A DNA stretch of 30,779 bases from Bdellovibrionales bacterium (lineage in GTDB: Bacteria; Bdellovibrionota; Bdellovibrionia; Bdellovibrionales; Bdellovibrionaceae): the NCBI GenBank assembly GCA_031370005.1, contig JANMPT010000061.1:1-30779 (forward strand), given 5' to 3'. Shown in pieces: positions 10,143 through 18,652 of the stretch; positions within the stretch are counted from its first letter, which is position 1; the number at the start of each line of letters is the position of its first letter. The notes under the pieces were generated by a model that was not told the origin of the DNA, searched no databases, and saw only the letters and a list, made by a program, of their open reading frames with translations. The translations under genes and the position numbers were made by a program.

Positions 10143-11111
10143 ATGGAACATAAGTCACAGGATGTGATTGCAATAAAGCACCCTACCCAAGAAAAGCATA
10201 ATCAAATTTGGGTTGTTGCCTCAGGAAAGGGCGGTGTCGGAAAAACTTTCGTAACCTCGAGCCTTGCTATCTGCCTCAGTAAAATGGGTCACTCCGTGAC
10301 TATCGTCGATTTGGATTTAAGCGGAGCAAACATCCATACCACTTTTGGAATTTCCCCCTCCACAAATAGCATCCGGCATTTTTTCGAAGGTTCAAAAAAA
10401 CTTTCTGAGATCGTTGCGCCCACTGAAGTCCCTCGTATTTCTTATATTCAGGGATTCTGGGACACGTGGGCCATTACTGATATTTCTATTGGGCAAATTC
10501 GTCAGCTCGTTCCTGAGCTGAGAAAACTGAATTCAGACTTTGTCCTTGTTGATCTTGGAGCCGGGGCCCTTGAAAGTCATCTCGAGCTTATGAACGCGGC
10601 CGATGAAAAAATTCTTCTTACTACTCCGGAACCAACAAGCATCGAAAAAACCTACCGCTTTATTGAATCCTTCGTGTGCCATTCATTGAAAGAGCATAGT
10701 ATTCCGGAAGCCTACGATCGCATGATACGCACCTTGCAACAAAATCGAAATAGCTTGGGGGAAAATAAATTTTCTTTCCGAAAATATTTAAAGCAAAGCT
10801 CTGGAATTGAGCCCGACTATTTTGAAACCTTAATGGCCAAACCTCTCCACCTGATTGTAAACTCCTGTCGAAGCCCGGCAAACTCTGAACTCGGTCATTC
10901 AATGAAAAGTGTTTGCTATAAATACTATGATATAAAAGTCGATTTCTTAGGTGCCATTGATTACGATAACGCCGTGTGGCAGTCGGTTCGTAATCGTGAA
11001 CCCGTTTTAATTGCTCAACCATTCACGCCTCTTGCTGGTCAATTTTTAGCCGCCTGCAAACAACTTATTGATCCGAAGGAGCTTCGAGCCGTAGTATCTT
11101 ATTACGGATGA
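10143..11111 (+). CDS. MinD/FlhG(FleN)-like SIMIBI P-loop ATPase
   Basis: Deviant Walker A SGKGGVGKT, VDLDLSGANIH, LVDLGAG, TTPEPTSI, LIVN, plus an internal insertion of roughly 60 aa. Confidence 0.85.
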   Translation: MEHKSQDVIAIKHPTQEKHNQIWVVASGKGGVGKTFVTSSLAICLSKMGHSVTIVDLDLSGANIHTTFGISPSTNSIRHFFEGSKKLSEIVAPTEVPRISYIQGFWDTWAITDISIGQIRQLVPELRKLNSDFVLVDLGAGALESHLELMNAADEKILLTTPEPTSIEKTYRFIESFVCHSLKEHSIPEAYDRMIRTLQQNRNSLGENKFSFRKYLKQSSGIEPDYFETLMAKPLHLIVNSCRSPANSELGHSMKSVCYKYYDIKVDFLGAIDYDNAVWQSVRNREPVLIAQPFTPLAGQFLAACKQLIDPKELRAVVSYYG

Positions 11112-11737
11112 GCATTGAGTCGAAAAATAATTATTATGATGTTTTAGAACTAAGCACGAGCGCAACTCAACAGGAGCTGACGACGGCTTACGAGCGCATC
11201 AAGACTACATATTCCGGCGATAACCCTGCAATATACACTATTTTTTCAGAGCAAGAAGCCCGCGCACTCTTAGTTCTCATTGAGGAAGCCTACTCTGTAT
11301 TAGGAAACAAAACTCTACGAAATATTTATGATCAAAGATTATTAAGCGGCAGTGTTCAAACAGCAGACTTATCCTATGAAGCAATTCTTAATGCAAGCAA
11401 GCAGGCTTTCCCAACACCGCATCTAGAACAAAAAAAACTAGAGTTCAAAAAGGACCCCGATTTCGAAATGAAAATCGCTTCCTGCGGAAAATGGACTGGA
11501 GATTTTCTCAAACAAGTACGCGACTATAAAAATGTCACTGTCCGTAAGATGTGCGATACCACAAAAATTAATATCCACTACGTTAATGCAATCGAAAAAA
11601 TGGATCTACCGAACTTGCCGGCTCCGGTTTTTATTCGCGGCTATGTTATTCAAATGGCTAAGCTACTGGGGCTTGATGAAAAGAAAGTTGCGGATTCCTA
11701 TATGAGCGTACTGAAAGAAAACCCTAATCAAAAATGA
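11108..11737 (+). CDS. J-like domain (no HPD) plus C-terminal RodZ/XRE-type helix-turn-helix protein
   Basis: N-terminus NYYDVLEL...ELTTAY...IEEAYSVLGNKTLRNIYD is DnaJ-like, with SGD at the HPD position. C-terminus GDFLKQVRDYK...TKINIHYVNAIEK...LPAPVFIRGYVIQMAKLLGLD is HTH_25-like. ATGA overlap with the ATPase gene. Confidence 0.85.
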   Translation: MSIESKNNYYDVLELSTSATQQELTTAYERIKTTYSGDNPAIYTIFSEQEARALLVLIEEAYSVLGNKTLRNIYDQRLLSGSVQTADLSYEAILNASKQAFPTPHLEQKKLEFKKDPDFEMKIASCGKWTGDFLKQVRDYKNVTVRKMCDTTKINIHYVNAIEKMDLPNLPAPVFIRGYVIQMAKLLGLDEKKVADSYMSVLKENPNQK

Positions 11738-12723
11738 TTCTCTCCTTTGATTGCACCGAAGAAATGCTGGGACAAAGACTTGATAAAGCGCTCGCTCTCC
11801 GACCCGAGATCGGGACTCGTTCGCGCGCCTCCCATTTGATCGAAAAGGGTCTGGTCACAGTAAACAGCCAAAATATGAAATCCTCTGCAGTTTTAAAGCT
11901 AGGAGATCATATTGAAATTCGACTTCCCGAGCCGGGGTCCGCAGATCTCGTGGCTTACGAATTTCCATTAGATATTCTTTATGAAGATAAACACCTAATA
12001 GTGCTCAATAAACCTTCCGGCCTGGTGGTTCACCCAGCCGCTGGGCATGCTCAGGACACGCTTGTGAATGCACTTATTTATCACACCAAAGATCTTTCCA
12101 TGAAGTTTGGCGAACAACGACCGGGAATTGTTCATCGATTAGACAAAGAAACAAGTGGCATCTTAGTGGTGGCTAAGAATGATAGTGCTCATGAAAACCT
12201 CGCTCAACAGTTTAAAGACCGAAGCATTCATCGTATATACTATGCTGTTACCATAGGGCTGCCAAAGCCCGCGAAGGGGCAAAGCAAATCATATCTTGCA
12301 AGACACCCTTCTGATCGCAAAAGATACGCCTCGGTTCTTGGGTTAAATAAAAAAATTCAAGTGGACCAAGAGCCCGTGCCCACGATTGGAAAATGGGCAG
12401 TGACTCACTATGAGGTTCTTAAAAGCTCTTCAGGTCTAAGCCTCTGTAAATTGAAACTTGAAACCGGCCGAACTCATCAAATCCGCGTTCATCTTGCCGA
12501 AAAGGGAACTCCCATTGCCGGCGACGACCTTTATGGGGCTCATAAAAAGATCAAAACCATTGCTGCTAAAAAGCTGCAAGCGGACCTCACGAACCTAAAC
12601 CGCTTCCTTTTACACGCCGCCGAACTCGGCTTTGCTCATCCAGTCACAAATGAAAATCTCTTTTTTTCTCAAGACTGGCCTGCAGACATTAAACTGCTTC
12701 TAGAACAGTGGGGTTTAGAATGA
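11734..12723 (+). CDS. rluD: 23S rRNA pseudouridine synthase, RluA/RluD family
   Basis: S4 domain, NKPSGLVVHP, GIVHRLDKETSG, LETGRTHQIRVH; adjacent to pgeF. Confidence 0.93.
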   Translation: MILSFDCTEEMLGQRLDKALALRPEIGTRSRASHLIEKGLVTVNSQNMKSSAVLKLGDHIEIRLPEPGSADLVAYEFPLDILYEDKHLIVLNKPSGLVVHPAAGHAQDTLVNALIYHTKDLSMKFGEQRPGIVHRLDKETSGILVVAKNDSAHENLAQQFKDRSIHRIYYAVTIGLPKPAKGQSKSYLARHPSDRKRYASVLGLNKKIQVDQEPVPTIGKWAVTHYEVLKSSSGLSLCKLKLETGRTHQIRVHLAEKGTPIAGDDLYGAHKKIKTIAAKKLQADLTNLNRFLLHAAELGFAHPVTNENLFFSQDWPADIKLLLEQWGLE

Positions 12724-13415
12724 AAATTACCGAGACCAATTTAGGATTTCTACTTGAGACTGCCAAGTTTACAGCACTTTTAGGTGGCGAAAAATCTCAA
12801 ATTCTTAATCTTAAAAATTCATTTTTAGACCTTACATTTATTCGTTTAAAACAGACACACGGAGACACAGTCGTTCACTCAATAAATCCAGCCCTAGATT
12901 ACCAAGTAGAGGCCGACGCACACTTTTCAGAGCTGCCAAAAACGGCCCTCTGTATTTCTACTGCGGATTGCATTCCCCTTCTTCTTTATGATCCAAAAAA
13001 TGAATACGTAGTTGCCATCCACGCCGGTTGGCGCGGGCTTGCGAATAAAATTGTTCCAAAAACATTTGCGCAGTTAAAAGCTCTAGGCACAGACGTGAAA
13101 ACTGTTCAGGTGATCATCGGGCCCCACATTCAAATGGCAAGTTTCGAAGTCGAAAATGTCGTTCGCGATGAAATACTTTCCAGTGTTGATTTTGGTGCTC
13201 ATGACGCCGAAAGCATCTACCATTGTAATATTAGCTCTGAAAAAGCGCTTGTCGACTTGAATCAAGTGTTGAGAACACAACTTCAAAACTGTGATGTGAC
13301 ATATGATAGTCTTCACAATCTACACATAGATACATTTGTTGACCGGCGATTTCACTCTTATCGACGTGATAAAGAAAAATCGGGGCGCCAACTTAGTTTT
13401 ATCAGCAAAAACTAG
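12720..13415 (+). CDS. pgeF: Peptidoglycan editing factor PgeF/YfiH (purine nucleoside phosphorylase/laccase-like)
   Basis: LKQTHG, TADCIPLLL, AIHAGWRG, IGPHI, FHSYRR; ATG 12720 forms an ATGA overlap with rluD. Confidence 0.93.
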   Translation: MKITETNLGFLLETAKFTALLGGEKSQILNLKNSFLDLTFIRLKQTHGDTVVHSINPALDYQVEADAHFSELPKTALCISTADCIPLLLYDPKNEYVVAIHAGWRGLANKIVPKTFAQLKALGTDVKTVQVIIGPHIQMASFEVENVVRDEILSSVDFGAHDAESIYHCNISSEKALVDLNQVLRTQLQNCDVTYDSLHNLHIDTFVDRRFHSYRRDKEKSGRQLSFISKN

Positions 13416-13473
13416 ACTTCGAAATCGGGAATTTGTCTTTTTGCAGGACGGCCTTCAACTCTAGAATAGAATC

Positions 13474-14247
13474 ATGAAGAGTTCTTTCGCTATATTGTTT
13501 TTTTGTCTTTTTTTGGGGACAAATATATTCGCCGAATCATTACTCCCTACTTGCTCTATGCAGCTGCTTTGCAATCAGCTTAAGGTTGAGGATAATCTTT
13601 TCTTAATTTCTAGACATGAAAATTCAAAGGGCACCAATATACAGCAAATTTTCACAGAAAACCAAGCCTCTGTTTTAAAGCTTCTAGCTCAAAAGAAGCG
13701 TTCAATACCGGCCGCAGAATTTGCAAAGATGGTCAAGGCAATCACCTCAGTTACTCTTGGAAGCTTTGATGAGCCTGCAATCAAAAAAATATTCCCCGCA
13801 GCCTGCGATAGACCTAACGCAATTTACATTCCTGCTATGCATCGCGTGTTTGTTTGTCCATCAATAGTGAACTTTCCGGATCTGACCTTGCAGCAGATTC
13901 TGGCCCACGAACTTGGTCATGTTATTCAAAAAATGCAGAACTATGTGCCTTGTTTCGACAAGTATCCGCAGACACAACTCAATGAGGTTTTTGCAGACTG
14001 GGTGGCTTCAAAAGTTTTGGCGAATAAACTTACCTCTGAGAAAAATCCGGAAGTTGCGGAAAAACAAGCTTTTGAATCCCAGCTGCTTTTTTTGAGCATT
14101 GCTTGCGGCAATACTCAAAAAATAAAACATGATTGGGCACACACTCATCCAAACTTGCAAAATAGAATAGAAAATATTTTTCTTTCTCAACCAGCCTTTC
14201 AAAAAGCTTTACGCTGCCAGTCCAAGAGTACTCCCTCTTGTGGGTAA
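13474..14247 (+). CDS. Secreted Cys-rich zinc metallopeptidase, M48-like
   Basis: Signal peptide; PNAIY, ILAHELGH, NEVFAD (third-ligand ExxAD) and THPxxxxRI, in M48 gluzincin order. Confidence 0.7.
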   Translation: MKSSFAILFFCLFLGTNIFAESLLPTCSMQLLCNQLKVEDNLFLISRHENSKGTNIQQIFTENQASVLKLLAQKKRSIPAAEFAKMVKAITSVTLGSFDEPAIKKIFPAACDRPNAIYIPAMHRVFVCPSIVNFPDLTLQQILAHELGHVIQKMQNYVPCFDKYPQTQLNEVFADWVASKVLANKLTSEKNPEVAEKQAFESQLLFLSIACGNTQKIKHDWAHTHPNLQNRIENIFLSQPAFQKALRCQSKSTPSCG

Positions 14248-14334
14248 TGAATTCTTCACAACCTCTTCCAAATTTCAGCAAAAATAAAAGGCCTCTCCTG
14301 TGCTAGCCTAATTGCTCAACCTTTGGAGGTTCCT

Positions 14335-15771
14335 GTGAAACACTTGTTATTAGGTTTTACATTTGTTTTAATTCTTCCAAGTTTTGTCCTTTCAGCTTCG
14401 GCTCCGCAAACCGTACCTGCCCTAGATGTGAAAAAGATCGTAAGAACTGAGGAGATCGCTAAGGAGGCCTATCTCTGGGGTTATCCACTTGTGCGCTTTG
14501 AGAGAACAAGAAAACTGATGACCACAACGCCAGGCTTTGGCCATGCTCCTTTGAATAAATTCTTTCACGCAAGCCGTCTGCCAACCTTTAAGGAAACTGG
14601 ACTGTCAAACCCTCTGCCAGATATTCTCTATTCCTCTGCTTTCTTAGATTTGCGCAGTCAACCGATGGTGCTGCAAACGCCGAAAATAAAAGACCGTTTT
14701 TACAGTCTACAGTTTATAGACGCATTTACGAACAATATTGCTATCATTTCCTCTCGTACTCGTGGCGAAGCCGCCGGTAAATTTTTTATCACAGGCCCAC
14801 ACTATATCGGCACCACTCCCGCTGGCTTTGAGCATATCCGCTCGTCCACGAATTTTGTTTGGGTCGTCGGCTATATTTCTGCCGACTCTGCTTCACAAGC
14901 TAAGCGGGCTTATAGTTTAATCCGTAAATATGCGCTGCGCCCCTACAATGTTTACTTGGGTAGAGAGCGCATGCAAAAAACACCCCGTTTAACCGCAAAA
15001 ATAAGTCCTGGCTACGATCCACGAAAAATAGCAAATGCGGGAGTTCGTTTTTATGATGAGCTCGGCGTCGCACTTCGCGAAAATGAACCCTCGAATTTAA
15101 AATCTGCACTGATGAGACGATTCCGGGCTGTCGATATCGGTCAAGGACTTCACACCTCTAGCGCGGCCGATACCCGGGAAATTCGCGAGGCTTATGAACG
15201 TGCTGTCGCTTCCGGTGAAATTGAAATGAATCGAATAATAAAAAATGATCTTATTAAGACTCGCAATAGTTGGAGTTATGTCATTGGCAGCACACCCAAT
15301 GACAATGCCGACGCTTCGCGAGCTGCCCTTTCTAAGATTTACTTTGGTGAAAACATTGCGGATGAGTCAATTCACCCGGTTGCTTATGTGGATGGCAACA
15401 ATGTGCGCCTCAAAGGCAACTCTACCTATCTGCTTCGCTTCGCTAAAGATAAAATGCCGCCGGTTGGAGCATTCTGGTCTGTGGTTGCCTACAGTGCGAA
15501 CGGAAGAACTCTGATGAAAAATGGTCTGAAACGTTATGCCCTCGGCAGTTACTCAAAAAATCTTGCATTGAACCCCGATGGCTCTATTGATATTTATATT
15601 TCCGCCAACGAGCCAATCGGACACACCCGAAATTGGCTGCCTGTTGCTCGAGAAAACTTTTATGTAATGATGAATTTGTATAACCCAACCAATGACGTGC
15701 TTAGCGGTAAATATATTTTGCCCAGACTACAAAAACAGAGCCTCTCGCCAATGATTTCATTCAATCAATGA
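14335..15771 (+). CDS. Secreted DUF1254/DUF1214 domain protein
   Basis: Signal peptide; AYLWGYPLV, PDILYSSAFLDL, RFYSLQFIDAFTNN, PPVGAFWSVVAY, NWLP; GTG start after GGAGG. Confidence 0.85.
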   Translation: MKHLLLGFTFVLILPSFVLSASAPQTVPALDVKKIVRTEEIAKEAYLWGYPLVRFERTRKLMTTTPGFGHAPLNKFFHASRLPTFKETGLSNPLPDILYSSAFLDLRSQPMVLQTPKIKDRFYSLQFIDAFTNNIAIISSRTRGEAAGKFFITGPHYIGTTPAGFEHIRSSTNFVWVVGYISADSASQAKRAYSLIRKYALRPYNVYLGRERMQKTPRLTAKISPGYDPRKIANAGVRFYDELGVALRENEPSNLKSALMRRFRAVDIGQGLHTSSAADTREIREAYERAVASGEIEMNRIIKNDLIKTRNSWSYVIGSTPNDNADASRAALSKIYFGENIADESIHPVAYVDGNNVRLKGNSTYLLRFAKDKMPPVGAFWSVVAYSANGRTLMKNGLKRYALGSYSKNLALNPDGSIDIYISANEPIGHTRNWLPVARENFYVMMNLYNPTNDVLSGKYILPRLQKQSLSPMISFNQ

Positions 15772-15815
15772 GTAACAGACCTTAATCCAGAATCTCTCTG
15801 GTTAAACGAAAGCCA

Positions 15816-15842
15816 TTAAGTCTCGCTTCAGTGTTCCGATCT
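15816..15842 (+). promoter_or_regulatory. Putative sigma-28 (FliA)-type promoter upstream of the phospholipase C gene
   Basis: TTAA-N15-TCCGATCT, 27 nt upstream of the GTG start. Confidence 0.4.
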
Positions 15843-15869
15843 AGATAGGGCAACACTTGGAGACTTCTT

Positions 15870-17078
15870 GTGCTCAAGCAACTTAGTATTTCCCTGATGG
15901 TATTCCTATCCGCTTCTATAACTTGGTCGCGGGTCGAGACTAAGTGGTCTGAAGGTGAACACCTAGAGCTGGGAATTGAAGGCTCTCTGCTTGCTTGCGC
16001 ATCTTTAGGAATAAGTGCAGAAAAATGCCCAAATAAACGAATTATTCGCGCCGATAAAAAATTCTCATTTCAATATGGCGAAATTTTAACCTCCGCAGAT
16101 TATTATAATAATCCTAGTGAGTTTTTTGCTGACAATAAATCTCGTATCGTCAGAGTTATTAGATGCGCTTACATGCAAAAAAGCCACCATGCCTTACAGC
16201 GAAAAGTGGAAACAGAATATCCGAGTTGCAACGCCACAGGAGTCTTCGGCGTACCAGGCTATCTCGAGGTTGTCTCACAAAACTACAGCCATTTTGGTTG
16301 GAATAATATGGTCGCCTATGTCGAATTTCATGGCCAAGCCTTGCAAATGGCAAAGAACTCTTATGATGTAAAAACATCAAACCCTATTCTTAGTCACCAA
16401 TTACTTAACAAGGCGCTGATATACAATGGCTACGCGGATCACTATTTAACAGATGCCTTTGCTTCTGGCCATATCCGCGTTCCACGCATTCAAATTAAAG
16501 ACTGGTCAAAAAGAGAACTCCCTGGAGCATTAAAATCCTCACGCGGCGATTTGCTGGCAATGTTTTTACATAACTTTGAAAGCCTCAATCTTCGCACTCG
16601 AAAAGAGGACGGCTTGCGAGTACAAAACTCACGCGGCGACGTTTGGCTTACGCGTGCTGATGGCAACTTAAATCTTCTTGCTACAAAAAATGATCCGACT
16701 GTTCTGTTGCCTAGACATGCCGTAGCTGAATCTTTTAAGGATATTTTGATTGCCGCGGAATATGGAGATCTGCCCCAGGGTGTCTATCAGGCAGCTCAGT
16801 TCGTTCCTTTTCAAAGCGATCTGCCATTGGTCGACAAGCTTTCGCCAAATCATCAAAATGTAAAACGCCAAAACGATGTTACTCGACTTGTTTTTTCAAG
16901 TGCTCCGATGTCTGAAAAGTTTTTTTTCTTCAAATCAGATTTTACAAGAATGTTAGACAGTCTCTCGGGCATCTTCATTAAATTTCGGCAAGATGTTGCC
17001 CGCGAGCAGTTTGAAAATTCGGAACTACGACAACGCTTACCCGAAAAATACTTACAGGCCTATCTGGATGTAGAGTAA
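15870..17078 (+). CDS. Secreted Zn-dependent phospholipase C-like protein (Legionella PlcA/PlcB and Pseudomonas fluorescens PlcC type)
   Basis: Signal peptide; WSEGEH, YGEILTSADYY, NYSHF, ADHYLTDAFASGHIRVPR, LHNFE, GLRVQNSRGDVW motifs recognised from this family. Confidence 0.72.
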   Translation: MLKQLSISLMVFLSASITWSRVETKWSEGEHLELGIEGSLLACASLGISAEKCPNKRIIRADKKFSFQYGEILTSADYYNNPSEFFADNKSRIVRVIRCAYMQKSHHALQRKVETEYPSCNATGVFGVPGYLEVVSQNYSHFGWNNMVAYVEFHGQALQMAKNSYDVKTSNPILSHQLLNKALIYNGYADHYLTDAFASGHIRVPRIQIKDWSKRELPGALKSSRGDLLAMFLHNFESLNLRTRKEDGLRVQNSRGDVWLTRADGNLNLLATKNDPTVLLPRHAVAESFKDILIAAEYGDLPQGVYQAAQFVPFQSDLPLVDKLSPNHQNVKRQNDVTRLVFSSAPMSEKFFFFKSDFTRMLDSLSGIFIKFRQDVAREQFENSELRQRLPEKYLQAYLDVE

Positions 17079-17175
17079 AAAGTAACCAATACATAAATCA
17101 GCAATGATATCATTAAAGCACTGCAGCTTGATTAATTTTCTTTACAGTTTAAGCCTGTCTTTGGAGGTAATTTCA

Positions 17176-17694
17176 ATGAAAAAACCAATAATAAACATCG
17201 AAGACGTGACACTGTACCCGCGACCACCTGCTTTTGCCGCTAAAGGCGCAGCTGCCGAAATTTTTGACGGAAAAATGGGGCCTATTGGCAGCATTCTAGG
17301 TGCGCAGAAGCTAGGCTACAATATTACAGAGGTGCCTCCCGGAAAAAGAGCTTTCCCTTTTCATAACCATCGTGTGAACGAAGAAATGTTCTTTATCCTT
17401 CAAGGACATGCCGAGGTTCGCATTGGAACAGAGACCTTTTCCATTCGAAAAGGTGATATTATAGCGTGCCCACCCGGCAGCGCGGCGTCAGCACATCAAA
17501 TAATAAATACCGGGAGTGAGGCGCTCAGGTACCTTGCTGTTAGTACAAAAATTTCGCCAGAAATTGCGGAATATCCTGATTCTGGAAAGTTTGGTATACT
17601 TGGCGAATTCCAAAGTTCCGACGGGCAATCCGAATCATATATGTATGTCGGTAAAAAATCAGAAAGCATGGATTACTGGGAAGGTCAGAAATAG
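17176..17694 (+). CDS. Cupin domain protein
   Basis: VPPGKRAFPFHNHRVNEEMFFILQG and AHQIINTG cupin motifs, EIAEYPDSGK; ATG 17176 after GGAGG. Confidence 0.88.
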   Translation: MKKPIINIEDVTLYPRPPAFAAKGAAAEIFDGKMGPIGSILGAQKLGYNITEVPPGKRAFPFHNHRVNEEMFFILQGHAEVRIGTETFSIRKGDIIACPPGSAASAHQIINTGSEALRYLAVSTKISPEIAEYPDSGKFGILGEFQSSDGQSESYMYVGKKSESMDYWEGQK

Positions 17695-17760
17695 CGTTTT
17701 TTTAGATAAATGGTGGGCACTACAACAATCTACAAGAGCTGCGACGGCTGACTTTAAATC

Positions 17761-18045
17761 TTAGGTGCCTTTTCCAATGGATATAATAAGCACATTTTGC
17801 GGATTTTGAAGATCATCAATTTCATAAATAATTGTGTATCCAAGTTTTGAGGCTACCTTGCGCAGGAAAACATTTGAACTCTGTGTTGCCGAACCTGACG
17901 ATGGGAAAAGCTCTAAGCGCTTTCGAACATCATCAATGTCTTTGAGATAGGACAACGTAGATTGGTGTCCTAGTGTTGTGTATATATTTGTAGCCCAAGC
18001 GATATGATTATCTTCGGCCGACTTTCGCCACCTGACGGTTGCCAT
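17761..18045 (-). CDS. Type II toxin, RelE/ParE superfamily
   Basis: 94 aa: MATVRWRKSAEDN...LELFPSSG...LRKVASKLGYTIIYEI...VLIISI; downstream of and overlapping the antitoxin gene. Confidence 0.75.
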   Translation of the reverse strand: MATVRWRKSAEDNHIAWATNIYTTLGHQSTLSYLKDIDDVRKRLELFPSSGSATQSSNVFLRKVASKLGYTIIYEIDDLQNPQNVLIISIGKGT

Positions 18046-18316
18046 CGATGAGTTCCTTTTCATGCTCGAATTCTTTTACACGAGATAAAACCATCTCAGC
18101 AAGCTGATCGACTGACTTGGACTCAACGACAGGACCTTCTTTTCTTTCATATAAAGAAAGACGTGATAAAAGGTTTAGGTAATGCTCTTGAGTCATCAAG
18201 ACTTTCACTTCGCCGCCCCGATGAAGAATCTGAATCACAGAATCGCCGGTTACCAGATCGAAGAAGTGGGCCATCTTTTCCCTCAGTTTCGAGGCTACGA
18301 CAGTTTCTCTGAACAT
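18008..18316 (-). CDS. Type II antitoxin, Phd/YefM family
   Basis: VVASKLREKMAHFFDLV...VIQILHRGGEVKVLMTQEHYLNL matches the Phd/YefM N-domain pattern; GGAGGTGA RBS before ATG 18316. Confidence 0.78.
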   Translation of the reverse strand: MFRETVVASKLREKMAHFFDLVTGDSVIQILHRGGEVKVLMTQEHYLNLLSRLSLYERKEGPVVESKSVDQLAEMVLSRVKEFEHEKELIDGNRQVAKVGRR

Positions 18317-18333
18317 AATATCACCTCCAGTGA

Positions 18334-18367
18334 AGTTGTACAACTAATAGTACAATTATTCGTACAA
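18334..18367. promoter_or_regulatory. Putative YefM-type TA operator: three GTAC-core sites at 12-bp spacing
   Basis: Perfect palindrome AGTTGTACAACT (18334-18345); GTACAA at 18338, 18350 and 18362, directly upstream of the antitoxin RBS. Confidence 0.72.
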
Positions 18368-18529
18368 ATCAACTGATAAATCAAGTCTAGATCAATTATT
18401 TCTTCATTTGATATAAAATTTGCGTCACCAGATCGTATTTAATAGATTTGGCTGTTTTTGACGTGCTCGCTAGGGGTCTACATCAATAACGGGGGCAGTC
18501 CTATGCGTCCGGTTTGGACCATTGACAAA

Positions 18530-18605
18530 TGGTGGCTCGGGACGGAATTGAACCGCCGACACAAGGATTTTCAATCCTCTGCTCTACCGACTGAGCTACC
18601 GAGCC
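18530..18605 (-). tRNA. tRNA-Phe (GAA)
   Basis: Reverse complement GGCTCGGTAGCTCAGTCGGTAGAGCAGAGGATTGAAAATCCTTGTGTCGGCGGTTCAATTCCGTCCCGAGCCACCA: 76-nt cloverleaf, GAA anticodon, encoded CCA. Confidence 0.98.
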
Positions 18606-18652
18606 ACTGACCTCAGGAAGGCCCATTAGTTACCTTCCCAGAGGGCTTAGTG

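Noticed and set aside
11108..11737. Annotating this gene as dnaJ or rodZ
   Set aside because: It lacks HPD and the other DnaJ domains, and lacks the RodZ TM and periplasmic domain.
18182..18376. Plus-strand 64-aa ORF across the antitoxin start
   Set aside because: Antisense to the antitoxin and its operator; no RBS or motif.
13474..18529. Calling the tRNA-adjacent block a prophage or integrative element
   Set aside because: No integrase, transposase or phage gene, and only a 9-bp repeat; kept as a low-interest finding.
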